Assembly (NCBI GenBank): GCA_051362555.1 | Contig: CM120647.1 | Location: 6,696,001-6,760,000, forward strand | Direction: 5' to 3' | From: Lingula anatina | Lineage: Eukaryota > Animalia > Brachiopoda | DNA: 64,000 nt | Shown here: positions 38,360 through 51,448 of the stretch, piece by piece | Layout: every line of letters starts with the position of its first letter | How positions within the stretch are numbered: the stretch's first letter is position 1 | Program-made: the position numbers and the translations under genes | Notes under the pieces: model-generated | The model's input: only the letters and a program-made list of their open reading frames with translations | The model's database searches: none | Told to the model about the DNA's origin: nothing

Positions 38360-41300
38360 TTAATTAACGGTAACTTGGTCAGAGCCAACGCAGTGATGAC
38401 AGGTGAAGATGTTTCTTGGATCCCACTTTTTCTTGATCTCTAACAGCCTAGAAATGATAAAAGACGAAAACAATGTGAAAAAGAAATATGACCCTCGGTC
38501 GCATTGGTAGAGGGGTTTTGACAAATGTGATGACTTAATGGTGAAAGTATGTTGTTAATTTTCAATAAAGAAAATCATTATAGTTCAGTGCCATTTATGC
38601 ACTTTATCAATTGATGCAGGCCCGAAAAATGGTGTTAACCTGAATTTTTCATTCATTTTGGCCTATGTCTTATTTATCATGGGTGAAAGTAGACTAAGGG
38701 ACAATTCCCATAACAATCGTACAAACTGGATCGATCTATCTCCAAAGAGATTCTCGATAAATTGCATTAAGTTTAAGCGTGCACGAAAGTTAATTCTCCC
38801 CGTAGCAGTTTCAGTGGGCGTGACAGACATTTAAGGCTCTTAGACTGAATGCAAATTAGCAAAAATCCCTTAGGATCGATCCTGCTTGTACGACAGGTTT
38901 ATGTGAGCCCAGTCTAAAGCAGGTTTTAGAAATGACCAGTATTAACTTACCTGGGGTAGTTTGCTCCCCACTGAAGTTGCTTCCAGTCATCCAAGATGTC
39001 GGACGCCTCGTTCAGGTACACGCCTATAAAATATGATTTTAAAAAAGTTGAAAAAAATTAAAATTGCCTGTTATGAGGGACACAATTACGAAAAATGCTA
39101 GTAAAACATTTGAAACTGCGCACCTGTCCAGCCATCATCTGCCACCGTTTTGAGATTCACAATTGCTGCAGAGTTGACTAAAAATCTCAGCTGAGCACCC
39201 GTCAATTGGCGAGCTGGTAATGGTAGGTCAAAGGTCAAACACCCGCGCATGTGCATCCGCAGCCCCTCTTACAGCATTTCAAACTGGCAGAACTCTATAC
39301 AAACTATTTCTAACCCGCTTAGTAAATACAGATAAATATGGACAAGAGAGCTGACGAGACAGAAACTTCGGACTTGTCACTCACCGGACCCAGCCTTCAG
39401 CAACCTCTGGTGGAAGGTCTGCAGCTCATCGATACGACTGTCTTCGATGTTGTTTTCATTCTCGAACCAGAAGGCGCCACACGACCACGTCATCAGACCT
39501 CGCCTGAAGCCGGGGACAACGGAGGAGGAGTTGTCGGCGTATTCTCTCATTTTACCTAGAAGAAAGCCAACGTGAGTGTATAAGGTATCTGCTGGCACAC
39601 ATGGCGTGCTGAAGTCTTTCGTCCAATATCAGCTGGATAATACTAACAGGACCTTTGGCGGAGGGCCTGGTTCGAAAATGCCAAAAGTTCTTGTGATAAG
39701 CTTGTTTCGATATCTAAAATGGCATACCCGTGTGCGTCTTTTCGGTTTTGCCATATTGTCATAGAGCTTTTTAGAATGACTGACTTGCATGCACAAGGTA
39801 GGGGTTAATTCACTGTCGCGTGCTGATCAAGCTGATTACAGTGATTGCAGTTTAGACAGAATGACAATCCGCCACAAAGTTGGACTGACCCATCTATAGT
39901 GCGATGTGTTTATCTGAATGCGGTCTTTAAAGACCCCTTACATACATGTTAACTCTCCCGAATAATCCGGGAGTCTTCCGGATACAAAACGAATCCCCCG
40001 GTTTCCCGTGCGGGCAATCAAATCTCCCGGCTAAAAGCGACTTTAAAAATTGGCACCACTGTCAGCTTCATAATTTTCTTCTAATTGTTTGGGGGAGGGG
40101 TTGTGAGAGTGGTCGCTCCCCCCTCCCCCCACTGAGCATAACGGCAGCTACCACTCCAATCACCCCCCTCCTTACCCCCCCCCCCCCCCCCCCACAGACA
40201 CACACACACTGAACAAAATTTTAGAACCTCCAGATTTCAGATTTCCAGAGCTTGGCATCTTTGCACTTACCCCCTAGTACAGCTCCCTCGCACTCCATAA
40301 TCAGCCCCATGCGCTCCACCTCCTTCAGGCTTCTCACCATCATGTCAGCAAACTCCTTGTTCAGGTTACCGTCTGGCACTACAGTGCTGAACATGTAGGT
40401 CCTCCCCCTGTAGCCCGTGTACAGGTTGTCCTTCCTCATCTCCCAGAACGTGTTGAAATGGACCGGCTGGAAGAAGTAAAAGCACATTTTGCGCTTACGG
40501 ATATTCACTGCATTATTGGTACGTATAAAGTATATCGGTATTCCCTAGAACTTAGCGTAACGTCTATATTATCCACATTAATTTTTTATTATAACATTAC
40601 CAATGTACAGTATAACGTAGTTAAAGCTTGGACAAAAAGTGTGATTAGTCCAAGGTTAGAAAATATTGTTATGTGATAATCACTGTAAAAAAGTACGAAA
40701 ATTAAATACATGTTCATATGCACACCACTGACTTAAGCTAAAGATGCCTAAAGCTAAAGATTACTCTCAACTCTACAATATTTTATTTCCTCATACCTTG
40801 TAATCGTGCAGCTTGAGGTCCGGTCTGTAATTGTACAAAGTGTTGAGAGTTGGAAGCGCCTCTGCCTCACCACCGAAGTACTCGATCACAATGTAAATCT
40901 GTCCCATGGTGGCGCTCACGTTCATGTACTCTGAGCCTCGGTATGGACTGTCAACCTAGAGAAAGAAATTGTCGCGGCCACATTTAAAGTATAATTTCAA
41001 TTATCATTTACCCCCCCCCCCCAAAGAAAAAATTCAAAATATATATATATGTGACACGTAGACTTTTAAGTAATATACAAACGGTATGTGAGCACCAACC
41101 GTTTATCTAGAGCTCACAGAATTTCCCATGATAAAAAAAACTGAACGTCAGTTCCCGGACGAGCCCCCAAATTGTCAGGAAAAACAACAGCGCATTTGCA
41201 TATGTACTGAATGTCTCCTTTATTATTTTCGAAAGTTTAAGACTTTCCACTGAATAAAGATCAGTTTCCAGATTATCACAGTACATAACGTAACAGTAAC

Positions 41301-44300
41301 TAATGCAATGTAACAGAGAGGTGCACGTGTACTTGCCGCCGATTCCTATCTTGGTTAGTTTATGCCGTAACATGGTGCATTTATGGTATCAAAGCATTCA
41401 GTGCAGTCCACGGAACATCAACACAGTCTATTCCAACAATAAATCTACTAATTACAACGTCCAGCGTAAAACGCTTCCACACTCTGTCTGAAACAGTAAC
41501 GCACCGCATGGCCCCGACTCTCCTCTTTTTTCTTTTCGATCTCCACACCCAGGAGAGCTTAATTCTCTGACAATGACGACCAGGGCCGTAGCCTCCGGGG
41601 GGGCAGGGGGGGGGCAGGGGGGGGGCAGCTGCCCCCCCTGGGATTTGAGGTGCAAAAAAAATAATCGCAATTTCTGACTTCTGATTGAGCAATAAATAAC
41701 ATTCACCAGAATGCAGTATTATACATACAGTTTTTTAAAATTTTCCATGCCGTGGGAGGGGAAACCCCCACCCTACCCCCTCGGGGGCTTTGCCCCCTCG
41801 TGTCCGCTTACTGCCCCCCCTGGCATTTTGCTCAGGCTACGGCCCTGAGCCCTGAGTCGACTCTCTATCATGGGGGAGGGGGACTCTCTCAACTCACATC
41901 AGGAGTACATAAATAGAATTATGCCTGATTTTGACCGAACTTACCAGAACGTAGCCGCATGCTTCCTGTGGAAGACCCCTTATGTACGAGAACATGAAAT
42001 CAAGTACTTCATTCGCTACCACATTGTTGCCTGCTTGGTCTGTTTGGAATGGGTAGAGTCCCCTGAAGTTGTTACAGATTGTATGTTTATAACAAAAAAA
42101 ATATGATTGTTAAAAAGTTTTGGGTAGGTATTATCTCACTTAGTGTAAGAATCATCAATTTAAGGAACTGTAGATTTATAAACACACCATTACAAAAACA
42201 ACGCATTCCATTCAAATTTCAAATCTTTATAAGTCAATGTACAATTAAATAGTTTAACTGCTTAATCATAATCACTACCTCAGAGTTGTAAATCCGCCGC
42301 TAGGGGGTTCAAATAGTCTGTACTTGACGCGAGTGACAATGGCAAAAGTGCCGCCTCCACCTCCACGAAGAGCCCAAAACAAGTCCGGGTCCTCTACCCG
42401 CGTGAATCCCATGTCGGAGTCCTCGATGACTATGTGAGTGGGGTACACGTGGACTATCTGCCCCTGTGCATTGACGATAGTGAATTCCAAAACGTTGTCG
42501 ACTGCGAGGCCGAACATCTTGGACAGCAAGCTCTTACCGCCACCTAGCGTGAAGCCGGCGGGTGACACGGTGCCGGAGTTCCCACCAACGATCAGTTTGT
42601 TATATCTGCCGGTGACCTTTGGGAAATATATATTCATTTATTTTTTATTTGCCAGTTTTATATTTTTCATCAATTTTCATGGTTGCAACATTTGACTTAT
42701 TTAGTGTAATACAGGCACTATCTGTTTAATTTGAATGTCTAACACAAATTTATAATAAAAATGAATTTAAAAAAGACATTTGGATGTCCTTAAACTTCTT
42801 TTTATATTTATGAATAATGAACAACGGTTTCAGTATAGCCCATTTAAGTCAAATTGTTTGCGACGTACCCTTGTTATAACCAAAACAATTTATGGTTCTG
42901 TTACAGAGGCAACTTCGTAGTATGCACTGATTGACGAAGCAGAAACATTTCTTAGAAATCCAATTAAGACCCTATTCCCATACTTAGATGGCTCTAACAT
43001 GATCGACCTATCTCCGAGGGGTTTCTAGATAATTTGCTTCCAGCTTGAGCGGCTTAGGGTTCTGGCACGCCTACTGAAGCTGTTAAACGATTATTAATTA
43101 CTCCCTAACAGCTTCAGTAGGCGTGCCAGACATCAGAGCCGCTTAAGCAGAATATAATTTAGCGAAAAAAACCCTTGGAGATGGGTCGATCCTGCTAGAT
43201 CGAACTACGTATTGGAATTGGTTCTTAAGAGACACCCACGTATAATTTTGCGTTTACCTCCTCATACAACTTGGCCCAATTATTCCCCACGTCTGTTACG
43301 CACGACATCCCGGTGTCGCTACTGGCGTCGTTCAAGTCCACAAACAGGTACTTTAATCGCGATAGGTTGATCTGCAGGCTTCCGTCTGCCGTATTCCGGC
43401 CTATAAAGTCATGCCCGGATGTAATCACGGAGATGCGAATGTTAAATCGGCTGGCGAATATCACGCTTTTCTGAATGTCCTGGAGGGTTATGATGTAAAT
43501 AATAAGACCTGGTAAACGAAACAAAAACAGTGATAATCGATATAGAAAGAGTTTTGGCTCTTTAAACAATAAAAATCACATACATAGAAAATATAATAAA
43601 TATTATGTTAAATCTTAGCCATTATAAAATATGAACAATTTAATTGCAGTCCATAGATGCATTCCTCAGTGCATACAACAAAAGAAAATGAATTTCATTT
43701 TTTTTCTTTACTGATGAATCTTTTTTTTAATATGTCATTTCATTCATGAATTTTCCAAGATTGTTGTACAACACATGTAACAAAATTGCTAGAGATATGT
43801 TTAGCTATTTTATTATGTCTAGGACACTATTTTTCTTCTGTATTAAACGTCTTGGTAATCTGAACTACAGCACATTCCTTGGTTAGTGATCGAACCTGCA
43901 TTTTGCTTGCAATGGTACTTTGCCGTTCCCTCTTTAAACAAAGTGTAAAACGAAGTGCAACACGCTCGAAACTTCTTTCTAAAATTTCTTGGCGGATGGA
44001 TATGTTTTAAAAGGGGTCGAAAAATATTGGCTTTCAAGCTGTTTTCAACAACAGATACACATTTAAACTAGAAAATTTTGAATGTCACAAATAGGCTACG
44101 CTCTACAGGTTATATGTTAGATTATGAGGAACACACATCAGTCCCGTAGCCAACAATTTCGAATTCAAATGGGTATTCTTTTTCTGAAAAAGTGGACTTT
44201 TTACCATGAAAAATTCATGTACTTAGATACAATTTTGCACAGAAGGGTCCTTTTCCTAGCAAATTTCCCAGCACATTAAAAAAATGAAATAGAAAACGCC

Positions 44301-46516
44301 TTCACCCCCCACCCCCCCATGGGATATATGACAACTTATTCGATCATCTGAACTCACCCGGGTTGGCAACCCATCTCTCGGGCTGTATGGTTCCTATTGT
44401 AGCGTTCCTGTAGAACGGTTCTCCGGGCAACACACACTCGCCATATATGGTTCTACAGAACGCTTCTATCTCTTCTGTAGACGGCCAGCAACTCTGATCT
44501 GGCTGGCAGTACTCCGTGATCACTCTCTGAAAGAGTGCGCGTCATAATATAATATAATATAATATAATATAATATAATATAATATAATATAAGCACTTGT
44601 GTATAACGATTATAAAGAAGTTAGCCGTTTCTGAAGCGTGTCTGTCTACCTACGAGGCATGCCATTTTACCCTTCATTAGAAAGGCTTGATAACTGTATG
44701 ACTGAATCGTCGTAACGCCTTATAGACGCCAGTCCAAAAGACACCATTGTTCTACGTATACCGATCCAACTGTGGGGGACTGAATGAAACGCCTCTTCTT
44801 ACTTCCAACGTACTCGCATAAACAGGAACTTTTTTCTTTCTACTCAACGCCAGGAGGAGGCCCGTCAGTAAATTAAGCTGATTGCAATCAGCCAGAGTCC
44901 CTGCAATGTTAGGTCGATCTACGTAGACCGAATGTCTAATATGGGAAAGCGGTCATAGGTTAAAAACACTTTCAGTTTTAGCAACAGCGTCAACCAGATA
45001 AAACACGTCCAACATGTTTAAAAGTGAACGCTAACATGTCCAACATGTTTAAAAGTTAACGCCGCACTTACCCCTCCCCTCTCCAACACATCAATGGGAT
45101 CCGGTTTCAAATCAGACGCCACACAATGGTGACAGCTGAACCAGTTGTAAGGGTCCCAGCGGCGTTTGATCTCTACCAGTCTGAAAGTAATGAAATGTTG
45201 AAATGTTTGTCAGTCATGTAAAAGTTCTTTTCTTAACAGCCTGATAAATAGATTGATACTAAATTACCAGCCAATTTGTCGCCTGCAATTATTTAGATTG
45301 TGCATACGCTTACATTGCATTGCTTGAAAAGTAAATGTGAACAGATATGCACACAATCTAAATATGAAAGAAATAATTTGAGCAAGAAAAATTTGACAAT
45401 TTTATTATACAAATATCAAAAATCGACAGAATTACAATGAGCGGAGTATAAGAACCTTCTGTAGTTGTAAGCAGTAGCTTTCATTGCTCTCCTATCTTAA
45501 TTTGGGGCAACCGTTTGCAATCGAGTTACGTGCGGCACGTATCTTATGTATATGGCTATGTTGAAGTCTTACGTAATGTATTCAGACCGCACATATTCAA
45601 GCAGAACATGTAGGTGCATATAAAATATATCATATAAATATAATTCCAATTACCTGCGGTAGTGTCTTCCCCACTGAGAAATCTTCCATGTGAGTAAAAT
45701 ATCTGATGCTTCATTGAAATATACCCCTGCAAAATACACCAACCTTTGGGGTTAAAGATCAAATCTTTATTAATCAGTAGCCAATGCAAGACCCCTTTTT
45801 TTGATAACTGACTAGCGGATCTCAGATTTTGTCATGAGGTATTCGATCCTGAGTCCCGTAACTCGAAAGCATTGCGTATAGCGATATCACATAGAGGCTA
45901 CAGTGTATTAGGTGGGGTGAGTATGGGCGAGTTACGGAATTGAGACGCTTGCGCTCGGTTGGAATGCGCGATGCTTTCGAGTTACAGGTCCCTGTTTAAC
46001 AAAGCATCGTGTGTTGAATGAACAGGAACTTAAGCCCAGAGCACCATGACAAACGCCATGGGTCTAAATGTCGACACGTCCATTTTTATATTTCAAAACG
46101 GCCATTCATTTAAGGTACGTTCAGTAATATTTTGAATTGTATTTTGCTTAAAATCGCCTTAATAAATGAAAAAAAGTGTATAACGATAAAAAGAAGAAAT
46201 GGTATTTGAACGAAAATACTTTTTCAAAACGTGCTACCAGTAAACGTGTACCGCCGCCAAACCAGTTATACACTACCTTCACCGGCGTCAAGAAGCTCCT
46301 GGTGGAATGGTTGCAGCTGTGATATCCACTGTTTCTCAAACGGGATGCCGTCGTCAAACCAGTAGGCCCCACACTGCCACGTCATCAGCCCCTTTCTAAA
46401 GCCGGGGGGAACGGAGGCCGAATCCTCAGAGTACTCTCGCATCTTCCCTGGAGAATGGAGAATTGATAATGACAGTTTGGGTCAGTTTCGAAGGTAGTTC
46501 AACGAACAGCGTTGAT

Positions 46517-46571
<55 letters not shown>

Positions 46572-49500
46572 TTTTGAATACAATGCGCAAGAAATATGAT
46601 TTAAAGTCCACTTGAGCTCCGTTTGTACATTTGCCGCTTATCGTTTAGTGGGTCTGTTAAACTTTTTGCCATCATGCACATTATATAAAGGCATTCTCAA
46701 AATTTATAATTGCATGGGGGCTTAATGAGAATTTTCTAAAAAGGCAATGTTTAGCATGTTAGAATATAATACAAAAATACTGGCTCGTTGGACTCTTTCC
46801 CTTGCACACACGCTCGCTTTCCCTATCGTTAACTCTCTCGGGATTTCTAGATGGCTGGTCAATTGCACAACTATAGCATTCTATATCAACACCCACCTCA
46901 CACTGCATTAGCACACTGAGGTCAACCTACCTCCCATTATAGCCCCTTCGCACTCCATAATCAACCCCATTTGTTCCACATCCAGGAGATTCCTCACCAT
47001 CAAGTCAGCAAAGTTCTTATTAAGACCATCGTCCTGTATAATTGTACTGAACATATACGTCCTCCCCGTGTAGCCGGTGTACAAGTTGTCCTTCCGCATC
47101 TCCCAGAAGTTCGGAAACACTTCGGGAGTATACTGGTACAGTTTTAAGTCCGGACGGTAATCGAGGAGCGGCTTGAAGACCGGGAGGGCATCCCGGTAGC
47201 CACCAAAATATTCGATGGTTACATATATTTGGCCGTTGGTTGCATCTATGTTCATAAACTGCGATCCAAGATATGGGCTATCAACCTTGAATAAAAAAGG
47301 GAATAAGGTGTGGACGTAGCCGTGAAAATTGTTCATTTGCAGAACGCCAAAAGAAGCCTATTACATCTTCGACTTACAAACGTGCTTGACTGAGACACGG
47401 CTAAAAAAATAGGCATAATAGAGGTTGCTTTAAAAATTGCCCATTTGAAAGCAGGGGGCTAGATACACTTGTTAAACTCTGCCGAAGTTGGGTTCATTAG
47501 TGGTTAACATATAAACATTCACATTATTTTTCAGTAAAAACCTTAAACACAATTATTCAGCAAAACAACTGTGATATATCGATTTACTACTTTAAAACAT
47601 CATGGATTTACTATAATAGTGACGCTTCTGCCTTTGTAGACTTCAGATATTCAAAAAGATTTTGTCGCAGCACTGTTTGCTGCATAAACAATCTATAAAC
47701 CCTTCTTGTTACCACTTTTAGCTAGATGTAATTATCGACACAGCAACAGCATATAGATATTCTTACTATAAGCAGAACTTAATAAAAGCAATCTCTAGGA
47801 ACGCATTGCTAACTGTTTCTACATTAATGAACTGCATACCTACCAGAACAGACCCACACGCCTCCTTTGGAAGTCCCCGGATGTAAGTAAAGAGGAAATC
47901 CAAGATTTCGTTGGCCACAAGACGGGTACTTGTTCGGAAAGGATAAAGTGCTCTGTGGAAAAAAAATAATATCAAAAATATCATATGAAGAAATTATCCC
48001 ATTTTTCTGTAACAAAATACAGTTGACATAACTGACATTGAACTAATGAGGTTATTGGGCATTTATGGCAGAAAGCAGTCTAAAGTTGCTGCATCTTTCA
48101 AAATAAATTGCCACGGAAACTAGTCAGCGATATATGCCTCTTGCACTCACACTGATATTGCGTTATTCAGTACAAGGCTAAACACTTGTCTAGTCTAAGG
48201 CTTCGTTCACATGCAATGTCTATTTTCTAAATTCTATTTTCTATTTGCGGCATGTCTTATGATCACGGTCTGTGCACTGAATATCCCGCCGCGTAATTAC
48301 TGGCAGCGCGAGCCAGTTACTATAAGTTACTATAAGTAACTGGCTCGCGCTGCCAGTAATTACGCGGCGGGATATTCAGTGCACAGACCGTGATCATAAG
48401 ATAGCGCGAATAGAAAATAGAATTTAGAAAATAGACATTGCATGTGAACGAAGCCTAAAGTAGAATATTAAACAAAACGTAAACGTGTGCATTAGAGGGT
48501 AAGGCACAGAGATAGAGAGATTAATTAATGTGTCTGTGTCAACTACCTCAGTGTGGTAAAACCGTCTGCTGGAGGATCAAAGATTCTGTATTTAATCCTC
48601 GTAACAATAGCAAAGGTACTGCCTCCTCCTCCCCTGAGGGCCCAGAATAAATCCCCGTCATCAATACGTATCGGATCTCCATCCGGGGACTCTACTTCGA
48701 TATGACTCGGGTAAACCCGTACAATCTCGGCCTTCGCATTGACCACCGTCATCTCCAAAACGTTGTCGACTGCGAGACCGAATATCTTGGACAGTAGACT
48801 CTTACCGCCACCTAGCGTGTACCCAGCAGGAGAGACGGTTCCAGAATTCCCGCCCACGATAAGTTTATTGTATACGCCTGACACCTGTAATGCATAACAC
48901 GATATATTGCAGACTGTTCACGAAAACTGTAATTAAAATTAAATATATTTCAAAAATTATCAAATTTTCAGACACATAATATTATGTTCACAAGAAAATA
49001 TATTTCTACGTAGCATTAGTAGTGCTTTGACTGCAAATAATGGAAACATAAAGTAGCCTTCTTTTAATTTAGTTGCTACTGCTCAATAGCTATGTTCTTA
49101 ATACAAAAACCATGACTTAAAAATACAGTATCTGAAAAATTCACCACTTCTCGGCATTGAAAAAATCCAGTAATTACCGTAGTTACTCTACCTGTTCGTA
49201 GATGTAGGCCCACCGGTTACCCACGTCCGTAGTGCACGACATTCCAGTATGGCTGGTTTTGTCGTTCAGGTTGACGAAGAAGTACTGCAGGCGGGACAGG
49301 TTGATCTGGAGACTCCCTTCGGCTGTGTTCCTTCCGATGAAGTCGTGACCGGAAGTGACGATGGAGATCTGGATGCGGTACTGTTTTGCGAAGAGGACGC
49401 ACTTTTGGACGTCCTGAATGTTGGCGACAAACACCACCATACCTTAAAATTAGATATAGCGTTATTAGTTTGATGGTAATTAGAAAAACAGTAGAAATGG

Positions 49501-51448
49501 GAAAATGTAGAAATAAGCAAACTGGAGTTCAGAGGAACAGATTGTTAATAGTACTTGCAGTTATCAATTCAAGCTTAGCTTGGTATTCATTGGTAAAGGG
49601 ATGTCTTTCAGCGATTCGAGCTGCCTCCTACACATATTATTAAATGGTTAAACCTTTTCAATATGAACCATATCAATATCATGTCTTTTAAAAGACGGTT
49701 TTTTAATGGACCCATCATTGTTAATATATTCTAAGAGTCTTTTAATAACCATTTTTGGGGGAGAAGTATTTCCTCAAGAAGTTTTTTGGTGCACATTGTT
49801 GAAAATATAAATTGCGCATTATCAGTACACCCCTTGCGTCATAAATTCCTTACAAATCGTTAAGAATTTCAACGTTCATTATCTGTACATAAATTTGTTG
49901 ATGAAGTGACCGTTAATCTATCTCAAATTATATCAAAACACAATTTGGCCAAAGCACAGAATACAAAGTAATCTGTTTGACGTAAAGGGCAAATCTCACC
50001 GGAATGAAACGTGAAGTACTTTTGCCTTGTCGGTGAGCCAATTTTAAAAAAATAACCCTTATTGAAATTTTATTTGTTGTGCAGTGCACTCATTATGCAC
50101 GGGTGCTGTTAAAATGCCGTTGAATTTTTATGGGTGGTAGAACGTTTTTGTGAATGACGCGACTGAAAACCGACATGCTATTTAATGCCTTTATAAGATA
50201 TAAGTTGGGCGGCATTAATACAGATAAACATGCATCTATATATATCCATGCAAACATTTGTTTTAGTTGTTTTGTGGGGTGAGATTCCTCCAATGAAAAG
50301 TATAAAAATGATGCTGAATTATACACATTCACCATATGTAGATACATACAGTACATCGATATAACTAGATACAGCTAACTAACTATATAATAGCACAGAA
50401 CTATCGAGTGTTAATCTTTTCAACGTTGTGCTCTCTATACCAGACAAATTAACACCGTTATGTGTGTAGCTTTGTAGAACAGGCATAAACGACTTAATGT
50501 CTTGGTTTGCATCCATTTGCATGGCGATTTATTTTATTTTTGCAGGGACTAGATATCCCAGCGTGTTTGCAAACAGCGTGAAATTATTTGAACATTGAAA
50601 AGTCGTATTTCTCAGATCAAAGTATAACTAATGTGACCACACTGACCTACACTTAAGCGAAAATAGTAATATAAATGCTGCGGCGCTTTCTATTATTCAA
50701 ACTTATTAAAGAGTAGGTCGTTAATTATGAATTTAATCAAATCATTGTCTAATATGCATGCATGTGTTTCATCGGGAAAAGACCTCGTCTTTTCTTTTGG
50801 ATACAAAGATTTGTTTACAAATATGTTTTTCAAATTAAGTTCTTCAACAGCCAACAACAGCCAATTAGTAGATACACAAGTAAGATAATATTGTTTTACG
50901 TCCCTGCCTACAAAACTTTACATATACAATTCTAAAAGTAATTATTGGGCTTTTAGCCCGTTGTCGTCGATAAACAAGTTTTATTGCAGTTTAAATCTGG
51001 TCTTCATGTACCGAGCCAAAGCAGCGATGTATATGGCACTCAGAATTATCACCCACAATTGCCAGCACTGCCACACCAGGTATACAGCTACATCGTTTAC
51101 TGTTGCGAATACTTTTGCAAAAAAACAAAATGTGAACAAAAAAAGTAATAATTTTTGTTTTACGCAGGTATAATCAAATATACCTTTAAAAAAACATTTT
51201 TCTTTCTTACCCGGGTTTGCCTGCCATCGTTCTGGCTGTATAACCCCTCTAGTAGCATTGATGTAAAACTGATCCCCAGGGAGTATGACGTCTCCAAACA
51301 GGCTGTCACCAAAGCTTCGTATTTCGCTTCCAGAAGGCCAACAGCTGCTGGTCGGTTTACAGTAACCCTCAACTGGTTGGCCCACTGTTTTATCCAGGAT
51401 CACAAAACAAATCACGGCGACGACGACGATATTAAGCCTGCGAATCAT
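38360..51448 (-). CDS. Secreted tandem (two-module) BBE/VAO-family FAD-linked oxidoreductase, ~1068 aa, 17 exons: 51211-51448, 49192-49442, 48547-48884, 47844-47952, 46931-47285, 46277-46447, 45654-45726, 45072-45180, 44358-44526, 43258-43508, 42279-42616, 41945-42062, 40797-40955, 40271-40466, 39385-39555, 38951-39023, 38360-38447
   Basis: Signal peptide MIRRLNIVVVAVICFVILDKTVG. Each module has YCxPxxSCWPS, SGHDFIGR (FAD-linked His), GTVSPAG(Y/F)TLGGG, GLAVDNVLE, DLFWALRGGGG, GVY(F/L)NE and RLxEIKxxWDPxNxFxCHHCV. All junctions are GT-AG and phase-compatible (3207 nt), with one stop only at the end of module 2. Confidence 0.87.
44545..44592. repeat. (ATATA)n microsatellite in the intron joining the two BBE modules
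   Basis: Directly visible. Confidence 0.85.
48199..48455. mobile_element. Near-perfect palindromic MITE (PIF/Harbinger-like, TAA target duplication) in BBE intron 3
   Basis: taa|ggcttcgttcacatgcaatgtctattttc ... gaaaatagacattgcatgtgaacgaagcc|taa; the arms pair over ~120 bp. Confidence 0.85.

Noticed and set aside
38360-44526. Second BBE module as a separate gene
   Set aside because: It has no ATG or signal peptide, and the upstream module ends in a phase-matched donor without a stop.
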